Part shown: in pieces, positions 21,629-24,544 of the stretch
Numbering within the stretch: position 1 is the first letter of the stretch
Layout: each line of letters begins with the position of its first letter
Origin: Ginkgo biloba
Lineage: Eukaryota > Plantae > Ginkgophyta
Length of the DNA: 24,544 nucleotides
Assembly (NCBI GenBank): GCA_024626585.2
Contig: JANKJI020000002.1
Span: forward strand, 10,798,235 to 10,822,778
Direction: 5' to 3'
Made by a program: the position numbers and the translations under genes
Notes under the pieces: generated by a model
The model's database searches: none
Seen by the model: the letters and a program-made list of their open reading frames with translations, nothing else
What the model was told of the DNA's origin: nothing

Positions 21629-22941
21629 ATATATATATTATTAGATATTGAATTGTAGTGGGTGTGTGAATAAAGAAGATGAGATTAATAGTGAAAGTTT
21701 GAATGTAAAAAGCGATAAGTAGAGAGTTTGGTTTTGATTTTCTGATTTGTTAATTTTTGTAGGAGTGTATGTAATTTTGGGAATGTAGTAGATGTATTTG
21801 AGTAATGCTTAGATCCAAGTCTAAACACCCTAGAAGAGGCCTAAAATGGACATAATTCCCTCAAATAAAATAGATGCCTATGCTTGCAAAATATTTTAAT
21901 GCAAATATAGCTCTTGCTCTTATGATGATTGATAAGTCTCTTTGAGTTATTCAGGCATTTCTTTAAAATCCTTATGTATGTGTAATCAACATTGTATATT
22001 TTTTATTGACATTAGAAAGTATAATTTTATCATTTCTATCCAAGTCTTTGAGTTGTCATGGTTTAATTATTGTGATCGGGAATCTCGGTAATTCGATTCA
22101 AGGATAGCTCATTATTTTCTTTTAATGCATGGGTATAATTTTTCCTTTAAGTCTATAAGAAATTATTCCTACCTCTCAAGGGAAACTAGCTTATTCCTTA
22201 GATGGTCAAGGCTTAAGATCTCTTCTAAGCCTAAAAGGGTCTATTATGACATTGGTGAGAGTTTGCCTAGCTAAAGTAAAATTAGCATAATCATTTATGA
22301 CTAACATATCTAAGGCTTAGATACCTTCCTTTAATCAAATTCCAAAGTGGTGCATCTACTTTATCAATCCTTACGATCTTAATTATTATCGGCCAAAAGT
22401 CCCCTAGTTATTTTTTCTATTAATAGGTGGGATTTGGATTCTTCTTTGAATAAGTCTCTAAAAATGCTACTAATCATAAAATTTAATCCTATAAGGGACT
22501 TAATAACCCTAGGACCGATGTCAACTGATGATGAACCCTCTTATATTGAGGATATCATAGGAAGAGGCAGAGATGTCTCACTAGATGTTTATGTTTACGA
22601 GAAAAGAGGGGATAAAATCCTTGATTTTGTAGGCACATTCATGGAGGTGGAGGAATTAGATAGGAAAGGATTAATATCCACTTATAGGATTAAGGTGGCT
22701 TGAGATAATGGATTTTTATGTTTATAGTGAATAAAAGAAACATGTGTGTTACAGTAATAAGATATTTTTTTTCATCTTAGAGCCATAAAAAATAATGATA
22801 TTTTTATTAAGGGAATTTATATCAATCCATACAATAATGATAAGATAATTAGTATGAGATTACATTGACAAGAAAACATTGGTAGAGGTGACAAGGATTT
22901 ATTCCCATATCAATAAAATTAGATTCCAGCCTGGTATTTTT

Positions 22942-23088
22942 ATAAGATATATGAAATGCGGGGATGTACAGAATGCACGCCAAATATTTCACAACTTGCC
23001 CAAACGAGATGTGATTTCGTGGAATGCTATGATCACAGGTTTTGCAATAGAAGAAGCACGACAATTGTTCGACATAATATCAGAAAGA
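22942..23088 (+). pseudogene. Isolated PLS-class pentatricopeptide-repeat gene fragment (~1.5 S/SS motifs)
   Basis: YMKCGDVQNARQIFHNLPKRDVISWNAMITGFA/IEEARQLFDIISER is a textbook PLS PPR motif. About 4 residues are missing at FA|IEE, and both flanks are non-PPR. Confidence 0.85.
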
Positions 23089-24544
23089 AAAAAAATTAAT
23101 TCATGCATGCATTATCCAATTCATGTAGGTNNNNNNNNNNNNNNNNNNNNNNNNNNNNNNNNNNNNNNNNNNNNNNNNNNNNNNNNNNNNNNNNNNNNNN
23201 NNNNNNNNNNNNNNNNNNNNNNNNNNNNNNAATTGCTTACTGTCGGCACATATAAGGGTTAGCTGCCTCCTTAGAATCAAATCATAGAGTGGCTCTCTAG
23301 GTGGTATGTTTTCTCTATTGAGACTTAAGATCTTAAGTGCCACTTGTAGGACCCCCGTAGCTAATTTTCCATCAACACCTATTTTGGACATATTGCATAG
23401 TCAATATATATAATATTATTTTTTGAGAATCTTTAAATGATTCTCTTGATCTTAAACCAAATTCTATCCCTCGTATATGCAACTATCATGCATGGGAGGT
23501 ATATGTCATGTCAGTGCTAATTATTTGCATTATTTAACTAATTTATTGTACCACTACTCTACCTATTATGATTAAGCAAATTGGGATATCCTTAATGGAA
23601 GATTTGAGCTAACTTCTCATGTGTGGTTTTTGTTTTCCTTATGTTACCATCATTATATTATTATTTCTTCCTCTATATTCATGGTTTCTACAAACCGTTG
23701 TGGAGAGTATCATGGCATAATTCTACTCATGAATTGATGATCATACTCTAACTACCCATGGCATACAAGAGTCCATGATCAATTCAGTGGTGCTCAAAAC
23801 AAATACATAAACATAGAAACATAGTAATCCATAAGGATAACTAGCATTCTATTCATATCACAACATATTCAATCCTAGAGACAAGAGTCCAAAACATTCA
23901 TTACTCTTTACTCTACTATTATTATTATAAAACTCAATTCACACCTACCCCTAATTAAGAATGTATGGCCTTTCTATTTATATTCTCTAAATTATAATCT
24001 AAAACATTTGGAATCCACTTTTAATAATAAAGTAGAATATTCATTAAGTGAATATTCTTACATATTTTCTTGCATTCCTACTATAGAAAACTTCTTAAAT
24101 TCTATGTTAACACCAAGTGAGAGATGTATATTACAAGATGCAACATTACTTTCCATAATATTTAATTAATAATCTAATCCTAAAGTGCAAAAGTTATACA
24201 AATAATTTATTTGTTATATATGAAGTTGTGTTAGATTCAAATTACTTCAAGACAACTTGTACAAATTGGAGTTGGTAAAAATAGAAGTCAATTAGCTTTG
24301 TAGGGATATTTAAGTGTATATACATGAATAAGTGGCAATAAACATGAAATTAGGAGAATATTTTGGCTATATGAAGTATGCAATCTTATAATCTATAACA
24401 CCTCCAACTCAAAGTGCAAACACTCACAAGAAATTAAGTTAACGCTGGAAATAAAATTGCACAATGTAGACCAATAATTGGACAGTACATAAAGAGAATG
24501 CTCCAATTTTATTCATGATAGCAATTACATTACTGAAATTACTT

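Noticed and set aside
22434-22703. 89-aa ORF and surrounding 21840-22700 region as a gene
   Set aside because: No domain recognised and a non-ATG start. Probably decayed repeat sequence.
23745-24000. Possible minus-strand Met PBS (ACTCTAACTACCCA) plus LTR
   Set aside because: The match to GCTCTGATACCA needs several changes and an indel, and there is no second copy or clear terminus.

Overview
This window is eukaryotic, AT-rich, CpG-depleted plant DNA from a gappy draft assembly. The repeat style suggests a large gymnosperm-type genome, but that is inference. I see no intact host gene. The window is a nested set of old, mutated LTR retrotransposons. (i) A tRNA-Met-primed LTR/PBS at the left end. 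(ii) Two copies of a minus-strand family 'X': ~500-600 bp LTR, degenerate tRNA-Asp-like PBS, and an unidentified ORF whose ATG sits at the PBS edge. (iii) A Ty3/gypsy non-chromoviral (Athila/Tat-type) family 'Y': LTRs containing ~148-bp tandem repeats, gag with three zinc knuckles, RT-RNaseH-integrase pol, and a ~3.1-kb extra ORF (plant-mobile-domain-like N-terminus plus a helical/coiled-coil C-terminal half). The extra ORF occurs in three copies and apparently lies upstream of gag. (iv) A second, distantly related PMD-like ORF. (v) A possible LINE remnant and an isolated PLS-class PPR gene fragment. All coding regions are pseudogenised and were reconstructed by eye across stops and frameshifts. 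Several architectural joins span N gaps and may be assembly artefacts. The best candidates for something undescribed are the retroelement extra ORFs.
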